A stretch of 64,000 nt of DNA. Source: Eledone cirrhosa. Its lineage: Eukaryota. The stretch's first letter is position 1, and every line of letters begins with the position of its first letter. A model generated the notes under the pieces. The model saw only the letters and a list, made by a program, of their open reading frames with translations, was not told the DNA's origin and ran no database searches. A program made the translations under genes and the position numbers. Location: NCBI GenBank assembly GCA_964016885.1, contig OZ024740.1, positions 436,108,001-436,172,000 of the forward strand, read 5' to 3'. Below, piece after piece: positions 24,376 to 39,200 of the stretch.

Positions 24376-27300
24376 TGTACTACACACTACACCTGTACAC
24401 TATCACACCTCTACACTACACCTGTACACTACCACACCACTACCACACCTCTACACTACACCTGTACACTACCACACTACTACTACACCTGTACACTACC
24501 ACACCACTACACTACACCTGTACACTACCACACCACTACTACACCTGTACACTACCACACCACTACACTACACCTGTACACTACCACACCACTACCACAC
24601 CTCTATACTACACCTGTACACTACCACACCACTACCACACCTCTATACTACAGCTGTACACTACCACACCTCTATACTACACCTGTACACTACCACACCA
24701 CTACCACACCTCTATACTACACCTGTATACTACCACACCTCTATACTACACCTGTATACTACCACACCACTACCACACCTCTACACTACCACACCACTAC
24801 ACTACACCTGTACACTATCACAACACTACCAAACCTCTACACTACCACACCACTACCACACCTCTACACTACACCTGTACACTACCACACCACTACCATA
24901 CCTCTATACTACACCTGTACACTACCACACCACTACCACACCTCTACACTACCACACCACTACCACACCTCTACACTACACCTATACACTACCACACCAC
25001 TACCACACCTCTATACTACACCTGTACACTACCACACCACTACCACACCTCTACACTACACCTGTACACTACTACACCACTACACTACACCTGTACACTA
25101 CCACACCACTACCACACCTCTATACTACACCTGTACACTACCACACCTCTACACTACACCAGTACACTACCACACCACTACCACACCTCTATACTACACC
25201 TGTACACTACCACACCACTACCACACCTCTATACTACACCTGTACACTACCACACCACTACCACACCTCTATACTACACCTGTACACTACCACACCACTA
25301 CCACACCTCTATACTACACCTGTACACTACCACACCACTATCACACCACTACACTACACCTGTACACTACCACACCACTACCACACCGCTACACTACACC
25401 TGTACACTACCACACTACTACCACACCTCTACACTACACCTGTACACTATCACACCACTACCACACCACTACACTACACCTGTACACTGTCACACCACTA
25501 CCACACCACTACACTACACCTGTACACTACCACACTACTACCACACCTCTACACTACACCTGTACACTACCACACCACTACCACACCTCTACACTACACC
25601 TGTACACTACCACACCACTACCACACCACTACCACACCTCTACACTCCACCTGTACACTACCACACCTCTATACTACACCTGTACGCTACCACACCACTA
25701 CCACACCACTACCACACCTCTCCACTACACCTGTACACTACCACACCTCTATACTACACCTGTACACTACCACACCACTACCACACCTCTCCACTACACC
25801 TGTACACTACCACACCTCTATACTACACCTGTACACTACCACACCACTACCACACCTCTCCACCACACCTGTACACTACCACACCACTACCACACCTCTA
25901 CACTACACCTGTACACTACCAAACCACTACCACACCTCTCCACTACACCTGTACACTACCACACCACTACCACACCTCTACACTACACCTGTACACTACC
26001 ACACCACTACCACACCTCTCCACTACACCTGTACACTACCACACCACTACCACACCTCTACACTACACCTGTACACTACCACACCACTACCACACCTCTC
26101 CACTACACCTGTACACTACCACACCTCTACACTACACCTGTACACTACCACACCACTACCACACTTCTATACTACACCTGTACACTACCACACCACTACC
26201 ACACTTCTATACTACACCTGTACACTACCACACCACTACCACACTTCTATACTACACCTGTACACTACCACACCTCTATACTACACCTGTACACTACCAC
26301 ACCACTACCACACCTCTATACTACACCTGTACACTACCACACCTCTACACTACACCTGTACACTACACCTGTACACTACCACACCTCTATACTACACCTG
26401 TACACTACCACACCTCTATACTACACCTGTACACTACCACACCTCTACACTACACCTGTACACTACACCTGTACACTACCACACCTCTATACTACACCTG
26501 TACACTATCACACCACTACCACACCTCTATACTACACCTGTACACTACCACACCTCTACACTACACCTGTACACTATCACACCACTACCACACCTCTATA
26601 CTACACCTGTACACTACCACACCACTACCACACCTCTATACTACACCTGTACACTACCACACCACTACCACACCTCTATACTACACCTGTACACTACCAC
26701 ACCACTACCACACCTCTATACTACACCTGTACACTACCACACCACTACCACACCTCTATACTACACCTGTACACTACCACACCTCTACACTACACCTGTA
26801 CACTACACCTGTACACTACCACACCTCTATACTACACCTGTACACTATCACACCAGTACCACACCTCTATACTACACCTGTACACTACCACACCTCTATA
26901 CTACACCTGTACACTATCACACCACTACCACACCTCTATACTACACCTGTACACTACCACACCTCTACACTACACCTGTACACTACACCTGTACACTACC
27001 ACACCTCTATACTACACCTGTACACTATCACACCACTACCACACCTCTACACTACACCTGTACACTACCACACCTCTATACTACACCTGTACACTATCAC
27101 ACCACTACCACACCTCTATACTACACCTGTACACTACCACACCTCTATACTACACCTGTACACTACCACACCACTACCACACCTCTATACTACACCTGTA
27201 CACTATCACACCACTACCACACCTCTACACTACACCTGTACACTACCACACCTCTATACTACACCTGTACACTATCACACCACTACCACACCTCTACACT

Positions 27301-30300
27301 ACACCTGTACACTACCACACCTCTACACTACACCTGTACACTACCACACCACTACCACACCTCTATACTACACCTGTACACTACCACACCACTACCACAC
27401 ATCTACACTACACCTGTACACTACCACACCTCTACACTACACCTCTACACTACCACACCACTACCACACATCTACACTACACCTGTACACTACCACACTT
27501 CTACACTACACCTGTACACTACCACACCACTACCACACCTCTACACTACACCTGTACACTACCACACCTCTATACTACACCTGTACACTACCACACCTCT
27601 ACACTACACCTGTACACTACCACACCACTACCCACCTCTACACTACACCTGTACACTACCACACCACTACTACACCTCTACACTACACCTGTACACTATC
27701 ACACCACTACCACACCTCTACACTACACCTGTACACTACCACACCACTACCACACCTCTACACTACCACACCTCTACACTACACCTGTACACTACCACAC
27801 CACTACCACACCTCTACACTACCACACCTCTACACTACACCTGTACACTATCACACCACTACCACACCTCTACACTACACCTGTACACTACCACACCTCT
27901 ACACTACACCTGTACACTATCACACCACTACCACACCTCTACACTACACATGTACACTACCACACCACTACCACACCTCTACACTACCACACCTCTACAC
28001 TACACCTGTACACTACCACACCTCTACACTACACCTGTACACTACCACACCACTACCACACCTCTACACTATCACACCACTACCACACCTCTACACTACA
28101 CCTGTACACTACCACACCACTACCACACCTCTACACTATCACACCACTACCACACCTCTACACTACACATGTACACTACCACACCACTACCACACCTCTA
28201 CACTACCACACCTCTACACTACACCTGTACACTACCACACCACTACCACACCTCTACACTATCACACCACTACCACACCTCTACACTACACCTGTACACT
28301 ACACCTGTACACTACCACACCTCTATACTACACCTGTACACTACCACACCACTACCACACCTCTACACTATCACACCACTACCACACCTCTACACTACAC
28401 CTGTACACTACACCTGTACACTACCACACCTCTACACTACACCTGTACACTACCACACCACTACCACACCTCTACACTACACCTGTACACTACCACACCT
28501 CTACACTACACCTGTACACTACCACACCACTACCACACCTCTATACTACACCTGTACACTACCACACCACTATACTACACCTGTACACTACCACACCACT
28601 ACCACACCTCTATACTACACCTGTACACTACCACACCACTACCACAACTCTATAGTACACTACCACACCACTACCACACCTCTATACTACACCTGTACAC
28701 TACCACACCACTACCACACCTCTATACTACACCTGTACACTACCACACCTCTATACTACACCTCTACACTACCACACCACTACCACACCTCTATACTACA
28801 CCTGTACACTATCACACCACTACCACACCACTACACTACACCTGTACACTATCACACCACTACCACACCTCTACACTACACCTGTACACTACCACACTAC
28901 TACCACACCTGTACACTACCACACCACTACCACACCTCTACACTACACCTGTACACTACCACACCACTACCACACCTCTACACTACCACACCACTACCAC
29001 ACCTCTACACTACACCTGTACACCACCACACCACTACCACACCTCTACACTACACCTGTACACTACCACACCTCTATACTACACCTGTACACTACCACAC
29101 CTCTATACTACACCTGTACACTACCACACCTCTATACTACACCTGTACACCACCACACCACTACCACACCTCTACACTACACCTGTACACCACCACACCA
29201 CTACCACACCTCTACACTACACCTGTACACCACCACACCACTACCACACCTCTACACTACACCTGTACACTACCACACCTCTATACTACACCTGTACACT
29301 ACCACACCTCTATACTCCACCTGTACACTACCACACCTCTATACTACACCTGTACGCTACCACACCACTACCACACCTCTCCACTACACCTGTACACTAC
29401 CACACCTCTATACTACACCTGTACACTACCACACCACTACCACACCTCTCCACTACACCTGTACACTACCACACCACTACCACACCTCTATACTACACCT
29501 GTACACTACCACACCACTACCACACCTCTATACTACACCTGTACACTACCACACCACTACCACACCTCTATACTACACCTGTACACTACCACACCACTAC
29601 CACACCTCTATACTACACCTCTACACTACCACACCACTACCACACCTCTCCACTACACCTGTACACTACCACACCTCTATACTACACCTGTACACTACCA
29701 CACCACTACCACACCTCTCCACTACACCTGTACACTACCACACCACTACCACACCTCTATACTACACCTGTACACTACCACACCACTACCACACCTCTAT
29801 ACTACACCTGTACACTACCACACCACTACCACACCTCTATACTCCACCTGTACACTACCACACCACTACCACACCTCTATACTACACCTGTACACTACCA
29901 CACCACTACCACACCTCTCCACTACACCTGTACACTACCACACCACTACCACACCTCTATACTCCACCTGTACGCTACCACACCACTACCACACCTCTAT
30001 ACTACACCTGTACACTACCACACCACTACCACACCTCTCCACTACACCTGTACGCTACCACACCACTACCACACCTCTATACTACACCTGTACACTACCA
30101 CACCACTACCACACCTCTCCACTACACCTGTACACTACCACACCACTACCACACCTCTCCACTACACCTGTACACTACCAAACCACTACCACACCTCTAT
30201 ACTACACCTGTACACTACCACACCACTACCACACCTCTCCACTACACCTGTACACTACCACACCACTACCACACCTCTATACTACACCTGTACACTACCA

Positions 30301-33300
30301 CACCACTACCACACCTCTCCACTACACCTGTACACTACCACACCACTACCACACCTCTCCACTACACCTGTACACTACCAAACCACTACCACACCTCTAT
30401 ACTACACCTGTACACTACCACACCACTACCACACCTCTCCACTACACCTGTACACTACCACACCACTACCACACCTCTATACTACACCTGTACACTACCA
30501 CACCACTACCACACCTCTATACTACACCTGTACACTACCACACCACTACCACACCTCTCCACTACACCTGTACACTACCACACCACTACCACACCTCTAT
30601 ACTACACCTGTACACTACCACACCACTACCACACCTCTCCACTACACCTGTACACTACCACACCACTACCACACACCTGTACACTACCACACCACTACCA
30701 CACCTCTATACTACACCTGTACACTACCACACCACTACCACACCTCTCCACTACACCTGTACACTACCACACCACTACCACACCTCTATACTCCACCTGT
30801 ACGCTACCACACCACTACCACACCTCTATACTACACCTGTACACTACCACACCACTACCACACCTCTCCACTACACCTGTACGCTACCACACCACTACCA
30901 CACCTCTATACTACACCTGTACACTACCACACCACTACCACACCTCTCCACTACACCTGTACACTACCAAACCACTACCACACCTCTATACTACACCTGT
31001 ATACTACCACACCACTACCACACCTCTACACTACACCTGTACACTAATACACATCTATACTACACCTGTACACTACCACACCTCTCCACTACACCTGTAC
31101 ACTACCACACCTCTACACTACACCTCTACACTACCACACCAGTACCGCACCTCTACACTACACCTGTACACTACCACACCACTACACTACACCTGTACAC
31201 TAATACACATCTATACTACACCTGTACACTACCACACCACTACCACACCTCTATACTACACCTGTACACTACCACACCACTACCACACCTCTATACTACA
31301 CCTGTACACTACCACACCACTACCACACCTCTATACTACACCTGTACACTACCACACCACTACCACACCTCTATACTACACCTGTACACTATCACACCAC
31401 TACCACACCTCTATACTACACCTGTACACTATCACACCACTACCACACCTCTATACTACACCTGTACACTACCACACCACTACCACACCTCTATACTACA
31501 CCTGTACACTACCATACCACTACCACACCTCTACACTATACCTGTACACTACCACACCACTACCACACCTCTATACTACACCTGTACACTATCACACCAC
31601 TACCACACCTCTATACTACACCTGTACACTACCACACCACTACCACACCTCTATACTACACCTGTACACTATCACACCACTACCACACCTCTATACTACA
31701 CCTGTACACTACCACACCACTACCACACCTCTATACTACACCTGTACACTATCACACCACTACCACACCTCTATACTACACCTGTACACTACCACACCAC
31801 TACCACACCTCTATACTACACCTGTACACTATCACACCACTACCACACCTCTATACTACACCTGTACACTACCACACCACTACCACACCTCTATACTACA
31901 CCTGTACACTATCACACCACTACCACACCTCTATACTACACCTGTACACTATCACACCACTACCACACCTCTACACTACACCTGTACACTACCACACCTC
32001 TATACTACACCTGTACACTATCACACCACTACCACACCTCTATACTACACCTGTACACTATCACACCACTACCACACCTCTACACTACACCTGTACACTA
32101 CCACACCTCTATACTACACCTGTACACTATCACACCACTACCACACCTCTATACTACACCTGTACACTATCACACCACTACCACACCTCTACACTACACC
32201 TGTACACTACCACACCTCTACACTACACCTGTACACTACCACACCACTACCACACATCTACACTACACCTGTACACTACCACACCACTACTACACCTGTA
32301 CACTACCACACCACTACCACACCTCTACACTACACCTGTACACTATCACACCACTACCACACCTCTACACTACACCTGTACACTACACCTGTACACTACC
32401 ACACCTCTACACTACCACACCTCTACACTACACCTGTACACTACCACACCACTACCACACCTCTACACTACGACACCTCTACACTACACCTGTACACTAT
32501 CACACCACTACCACACCTCTACACTACCACTCCACTACCACACCTCTACACTACCACACCTCTACACTACACCTGTACACTACCACACCACTACCACACC
32601 TCTACACTACCACACCTCTACACTACACCTGTACACTACCACACCACTACCACACCTCTACACTACACCTGTACACTACCACACCACTACCACACCTCTA
32701 CACTACACCTGTACACTACTACACCACTACCACACCTCTACACTACACCTGTACACTACCGCACCACTACCACACCTCTATACTACACCTGTACACTACC
32801 ACACCTCTACACTACACCTGTACACTACCACACCACTACCACACCTCTATACTACACCTGTACACTACCACACCACTACCACACCTCTACACTACACCTG
32901 TACACTACCACACCACTACCACACCTCTACACTACACCTGTACACTACCACACCACTACCACACCACTATACTACACCTGTACACTACCACACCACTACC
33001 ACACCTCTATACTACACCTGTACACTACCACACCTCTATACTACACCTGTACACTACCACACCACTACCACACCTCTATACTACACCTGTACACTACCAC
33101 ACCACTACCACACCTCTATACTACACCTGTACTCTACCACACCTCTACACTACACCTGTACACTACCACACCTCTACCACACCTCTATACTACACCTGTA
33201 CACTACCACACCTCTACCACACCTCTACACTACACCTGTACACTACCACACCTCTACACCACACCTCTACACTACCACACCACTACCACACCATTACACT

Positions 33301-34532
33301 ACACCTGTACACTACCACACCACTACCACACCTCTACACTACACCTGTACACTACCACACCACTACCACACCTCTACACTACACATGTACACTACCACAC
33401 CACTACCACACCTCTACACTATCACACCACTACAACACCACTACCACACCTGTACACTATCACACCACTACCACACCTCTACACTACACCTGTACACTAC
33501 TACACCACTACACTACACCTGTACACTACCATACCACTACCACACCTCTACACTACACCTGTACACTACCACACCACTACTACACCTGTACACTACCACA
33601 CCACTACCACACCTCTACACTACACCTGTACACTACCATACCACTACCACACCTCTACACTACACCTGTACACTACCACACCACTACCACACCTGTACAC
33701 TACCACACCACTACCACACCTCTACACTACACCTGTACACTACCATACCACTACCACACCTCTACACTATACCTGTACACTACCACACCACTACCACACC
33801 TCTACACTACACCTGTACACTACCATACCACTACCACACCTCTACACTACACCTGTACACTACCACACCACTACCACACCTGTACACTACCACACCACTA
33901 CCACACCTCTACACTACACCTGTACACTACCATACCACTACCACACCTCTACACTATACCTGTACACTACCACACCACTACCACACCTGTACACTACCAC
34001 ACCTCTACACTACACCTGTACACTACCATACCACTACCACACCTCTACACTACACCTGTACACTACCACACCACTACCACACCTGTACACTACCACACCA
34101 CTACCACACCTCTACACTACACCTGTACACTACCATACCACTACCACACCTCTACACTATACCTGTACACTACCACACCACTACCACACCTGTACACTAC
34201 CACACCTCTACACTACACCTGTACACTACCATACCACTACCACACCTCTACACTACACCTGTACACTACCACACCACTACCACACCTGTACACTACCACA
34301 CCACTACCACACCTCTACACTACACCTGTACACTACCATACCACTACCACACCTCTACACTATACCTGTACACTACCACACCACTACCACACCTGTACAC
34401 TACCACACCTCTACACTACACCTGTACACTACCATACCACTACCACACCTCTACACTACACCTGTACACTACCACACCTGTACACTACCACACCACTACC
34501 ACACCTCTACACTACACCTGTACACTATCACA
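24376..34532. repeat. ~10.1-kb modular C/A-rich minisatellite, main unit 40 bp (ACTACACCTGTACACTACCACACCACTACCACACCTCTAT)
   Basis: 40-nt periodicity, exact at ~29700-30660; 29-, 27- and 13-nt variants arise by loss of submodules. Confidence 0.96.
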
Positions 34533-34656
34533 GCTAGAACTTTACTTTCAGTTCATCCATTTCTGTTCATTAAAATGGTTTTTAACAATAAAAACATGAT
34601 TTCTAGCAGTGACAGCATTGTTTTACCAGACAACTGCTGTCATTATATATGAGACA

Positions 34657-34850
34657 GGTGGTGGATTGGCAGTATCGGTAGACGGTCGGACGCCATGCTT
34701 TCACGCATAGAGTTACAGCCCTTGCCATTCTCAGTTCAAATCCCGCCGAGGTTAACTTTGCCTTTCATCCTTACGGGGTCGATAAAATAAAGTACCAGTA
34801 ATGCACTGGGTAATTGCTGGCCTTGTGCCAAAAGTAGAAACAATTATTAT
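34657..34850 (+). mobile_element. tRNA-derived SINE, unamplified copy
   Basis: A-box-like TGGCAGTATCGG, B-box GTTCAAATCC, body GGGGTCGATAAAATAAAGTACCAG, short (ATT) tail. Confidence 0.85.
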
Positions 34851-35147
34851 ATATCAGACGTCTCTGGTGAAGGGAGTTGCAGTAGAGGTAGACCAGGGCA
34901 GAGGTCACAGTTTATCTCAAATCACTAAATCTCACAGCTGGGTTGACATAGGACCGAGACAAATGGAGAGATGTGCTAGAATGGACCTGTCTACCCCATG
35001 CAAGCATGGAGAAACTAACATAAATGATGAGGATGATATTTTCATGATGTTTAAATAATGTTAAATAAATGTTCTTCCTCTAATTGTATATTTTATTGAA
35101 ATCTCTAAATAGTTATAATATAAAGACTTTTGTTTTATTGATTATAG

Positions 35148-35237
35148 GGTATGGAAATTGTCTTTCGAATTGGGATGGCTATTCTGCAGATGAGTCAAGA
35201 AATATTAATGTCATTAGATATGGAAGGAATGTTAAAG
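35148..35237 (+). CDS. EVI5: EVI5-like internal exon (GMEIVFRIGMAILQMSQEILMSLDMEGMLK)
   Basis: TAG acceptor, AAG|GTAAAT donor, 90 nt, phase 0/0, in frame with the previous exon; resembles EVI5 GLEIVFRVG...LDMEGM. Confidence 0.93.
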
Positions 35238-35306
35238 GTAAATATAGTTTCTGTCTTTTAAATATTTCTTTCTCTTTATAATATTACCCTATCTTTAATC
35301 ATCAGA

Positions 35307-36200
35307 GTGGAGGGGTGTAGCCTAGTGGTAAGGGTGTTCTGTGGAAGGGTGTGGTGTAGTGGTAAGGGTGTTCTGTGGAGGTGTGTGGTCTAGTGGTAAG
35401 GGTGTTCTGTGGAGGGGTGTGGTGTAGTGATAAGGGTGTTCTGTGGAGGGGTCTGGTGTAGTGGTAAGGGTGTTCTGTGGAGGGGTATGGCCTAGTGGTA
35501 AGGGTGTTCTGTGAAGGTGTGTGGCCTAGTGGTAAGGGTGTTCTGTGGAAGGGTGTGGTGTAGTGGTAAGGGTGTTCTGTGGAGGTGTGTGGTCTAGTGG
35601 TAAGGGTGTTCTGTGGAGGGGTGTGGTGTAGTGATAAGGGTGTTCTGTGGAGGGGTCTAGTGTAGTGGTAAGGGTGTTCTGTGGAGGGGTGTGGCCTAGT
35701 GGTAAGGGTGTTCTGTGAAGACGTGTGGCCTAGTGGTAAGATTGTTCTGTGGAGGTGCGTGGTGTAGTGGTAAGGGTGTTCTGAGGAGGGTGTGGTCTAG
35801 TGGTAAGGATGTTCTGTGGAGGGGTGTGGCCTAGTGATAAGGATGTTCTGTGGAGGGGTGTGGCCTAGTGATAAGGGTGTTCTGTGGAGGTGTGTGATGT
35901 AGTGGTAAGGGTGTTCTGTGGAGGGATGTGGTGTAGTGGTAAGGGTGTTCTGTAGAGAGGTGTGGTGTAGTGGTAAGGGTGTTCTGTAGAGGGGTGTGGT
36001 CTAGTGGTAAGGGTGTTCTGTAGAGGGGTGTGGTGTAGTGGTAAGGGTGTTTTGTGGAGGGGTGTGGTATAGTGGTAAGGGTGTTCTGTAGAGGGGTGTG
36101 CTGTAGTGGTAAGGGTGTTCTGTAGAGGGGTGTGGTGTAGTGGTAAGGGTGTTCTGTGGAGGGGTGTGGTCTAGTGGTAAGGGTGTTCAGTGGAGGGGTG
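35307..36200 (+). repeat. 34-bp minisatellite (GTGGAGGGGTGTGGCCTAGTGGTAAGGGTGTTCT), ~26 copies
   Basis: 34-nt periodicity; the unit contains the Pol III A-box-like TGGCCTAGTGG. Confidence 0.95.
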
Positions 36201-36325
36201 TGAGTATACTCTACTGAAAATCAGGACCAGCTCACAAAAACAGATTGATAACAATTGTACCAAATTTAAAAATACAAAGTACTGGTGTTGATATGATCAA
36301 CTAATTCCCCTGAAGGAACTGACCA

Positions 36326-37292
36326 AGCATGAGCACTGTCCTAGCATGGCCACAGTACAAGCATGACCACTGTCCTACCATGACCACTGACTTTCCATGA
36401 CAACTGACCAAGCATGGCCACTGTCCTAGCATGACCACAGTACAAGCATGGCCACTGTCCTAGCATGACCACAGTACAAGCATGGCCACAGTACAAGCAT
36501 GAGCACTGTCCTACCATGGCCACAGTACAAGCATGGCCACTGTCCTACCATGACCACTGACTTTCCATGACAACTGACCAAGCATGGCCACTGTCCTAGC
36601 ATGGCCACAGTACAAGCATGACCACTGTCCTAGCATGACCACTGACTTTCCATGACAACTGACCAAGCATGACCACTGTCCTAGCATGACCACAGTACAA
36701 GCATGGCCACTGTCCTACTATGACCACTGACTTTCCATGACAACTGACCAAGCATGGCTACTGTCCTAGCATGACCACAGTACAAGCATGACCACTGTCC
36801 TAGCATGACCACAGTACAAGCATGACCATTGTCCTAGCATGACCACAGTACAAGCATGACCACTGTCCTAGAATGACCACAGTACAAGCATGACCACTGT
36901 CCTAGCATGACCACTGTCCTAGCATGGCCACAGTACAAGCATGAGCACTGTCCTAGCATGACCACAGTACAAGCATGGCCACTGTCCTAGCATGACCACA
37001 GTACAAGCATGACCACTGTCCTAGCATGGCCACAGTACAAGCATGACCACTGTCCTAGCATGACCACAGTACAAGCATGACCACTGTCCTAGAATGACCA
37101 CAGTACAAGCATGACCACTGTCCTAGCATGACCACAGTACAAGCATGACCACTGTCCTAGCATGACCACAGTACAAGCATGACCACTGTCCTAGCATGGC
37201 CACAGTACAAGCATGACCACTGTCCTAACATGGCCACAGTACAAGCATGACCACTGTCCTAGCATGACCACAGTATAAGCATAACCACTGTC
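36326..37292 (+). repeat. 17+17-bp dimeric minisatellite (AGCATGACCACTGTCCT-AGCATGGCCACAGTACA)
   Basis: 34-nt periodicity of two related 17-mers, with an occasional GACTTTCCATGACAACTGACCA insert. Confidence 0.93.
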
Positions 37293-37571
37293 CAATGACT
37301 GAAATCAATAAAAGAATAAAAATCCATATATTCTTGTTTATTGAGATTCAGACTTGATTATTTTGACATCGTTAAAATTTCTCTTTATTGTTGCATCTTG
37401 TATAAATGGTTGTTCTATATCTTGAGGAAAAAAGTGGTGGAAAGATAAGATAGTGGGAGATTTACTTTAGCAGCGATATCTAACATTTACTTTACTTTTC
37501 CTAAAATATATAGAGATACCTTGTGCTTAGTGGAAGTTATTGTGGCTGTTTCCTATTTAGGATTACATAAC

Positions 37572-37845
37572 ATATAATAATGAAAATGATTGTGTACAGT
37601 GCTCAGGTGCACTACAACTCATCAAAGATGCATGTATAGTACATAGAATAATGTAGAAATGTCAGGAAAGTGAACAGTGTATGAGTCATGATATACACAC
37701 AGATACATGCGTGTGTGTGTATGTATGGAGAATATAAGGTATGTTGGTGAATTTCAGGAAGCATGGAAGTTTTAAAGGATGTAATGTTCCAACAGCTACC
37801 AACTGATGCAGGGAGTTTGTTCCATGCTTCAGTAACCCTGAAGAA
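37572..37845 (-). mobile_element. CR1-like LINE 3' fragment, unamplified relative of 49293-51392
   Basis: Reverse complement matches GTTGTAGTGCACCTGAGCACTGTACACAAT and carries one copy of the 61-bp unit. Confidence 0.85.
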
Positions 37846-37904
37846 ATTTTCTGTTAAGTTAAAAACACCAGATTAATGAAATAATTGATAATTTTAGAAA
37901 AGAA

Positions 37905-38805
37905 CTAGCAGTGGTACCTGGCATTGCACGGGATAAGGTATTTTGGAATGTGGGCCGCCAACAGACCTAATCGTGGAAAAACTGCATGCCTGGACAATAT
38001 GTAAAGAAAATAAACCGAATACTCTGATGGCTGGATAATCTTTAAGATTTTCCTTGATGAAGCAGGAAAAATGCAAGTTTTCACCTAATGTGGGCCCTAA
38101 GGGATCAAGAAAATGAATTTTTTTATGTGCATAATATGCCTTAAAATTTCAGGCAAATCGGCTAGGTGTAACGCCTTCAAAAAGCCCTAAAAAAGCTGAA
38201 AAAATGAAGTTTTTCACCTAATTCGGGTCCTAGGCCATAAAAAAGTTGGACTTTCTTTGCTCACGGGATGAAGAAGAGACTGACTAATACATAGTTACAA
38301 TTTCAAGGAAATCAGTCTGACGTAACGCCTCAACCCCCCCCCCCCCCCCCCAAAAAAAACCCCTGAAAAAACGCAGTTTTTCACCTAATGCAGGCCATAG
38401 GAATCAAAAAGTTGAATTTTTTATGTGCATAACACTCCCTGAAACAAGTAATACACATCTAAAGTTTGAAAAAAGTCGGTTGGGTACTTCTCGAGATTTA
38501 GGGATTCAAACACACACACACACACACAACAGACATCTTCAGGGAAGTGACGTAATGCAGAGTCAAACATACAGACATTATAAGGGCTAAAAAGAGAAAG
38601 ACTAAGAATTATAGAGAGAGATCGCTAAATCGCCAAATGCGGTCCCTAGGGCATTGAAAATTTGAAATTTTCTTTGCTCAGAACACTCCCTAAAACATAG
38701 GTATTACATGTGTAAAGTTTGAAAACAGTCGGTTGGGTGGTTCTCGAGTTTTAGGGATACAAACTCACACACACAGACAGACATCCTCAGTTTTATATAT
38801 ATAGA
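37905..38805 (-). mobile_element. Non-autonomous Helitron (~900 bp)
   Basis: Minus strand reads A|TC...subterminal hairpin (CCCGTGCAATGCCAGG)...CTAG|T, the canonical Helitron termini and AT target; internal ~150-bp duplications. Confidence 0.75.
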
Positions 38806-38886
38806 TGTTTCCAAAAGTCACGGGAGCTGTTTTCTGATTTTCTACATTTATATATAACATATATTTATTGTCTTTTATGTTTACAG

Positions 38887-38984
38887 TTTTTCCAGAAAAC
38901 AGTTCCTGCTATTTATGAACAAGACCAAGAGAAACTTATCCATACTGCTTTTCTTATCAAATACAATGCAAAAAAAATGAAAAA
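38887..38984 (+). CDS. EVI5: EVI5-like internal exon (FFQKTVPAIYEQDQEKLIHTAFLIKYNAKKMK+AA)
   Basis: TTTACAG acceptor, GTAAGG donor, 98 nt, phase 0/2, in frame; resembles EVI5 FQK...KY N.KKMKK. Confidence 0.92.
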
Positions 38985-39069
38985 GTAAGGTTTTTTTTTT
39001 CTTTCTATTCTTTTTCATTGTTTTACCCCTTTTTTCAAAAGTTGTAACTTGGTGCCTTCACTCCTAATT

Positions 39070-39200
39070 TCCTCCATAAAATCAAAAGGACAGTGACTCT
39101 CTTGAGGTGGGGTGGTCATTCTCCATGATAACACCATTGCTATTTTATCAGCAGGGCACAGTTGAGGCACCACTCAAACTGGGGTGAAGTAACTGTCTCA
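39070..39200 (+). mobile_element. Degraded mariner transposase remnant
   Basis: Translation IKSKGQ*LS*GGVVILHDN resembles the mariner segment (AI..KR..LL..GV.LLHDNA) around the second catalytic D. Confidence 0.5.

Larger units (their letters stand above)
35307..37322 (+). mobile_element. Single SINE inflated to ~2 kb by two internal tandem amplifications
   Basis: Order: A-box head repeat, unique degenerate body (AGTACTGGTGTTGATATGATCAACTAA..CCCCTGAAGG), tail repeat, then terminal CCAATGACTGAAATCAATAAAAGAATAAA. Confidence 0.7.

Noticed and set aside
24331-34599. Thr/His/Pro-rich mucin- or extensin-like ORFs
   Set aside because: G-poor repeat whose unit is not a multiple of 3, so the same peptide cycles through frames; it lies in an EVI5 intron.
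35307-36200. Possible tRNA gene cluster (TGGCCTAGTGG)
   Set aside because: Only the A-box/D-arm-like part is present; no cloverleaf or T-arm. It is a SINE head.
37893-37912. TTAGAAAAGAACTAG as a possible next EVI5 exon (LEK...)
   Set aside because: It lies upstream of the exon it should follow, overlaps the Helitron terminus, and has no continuing similarity.
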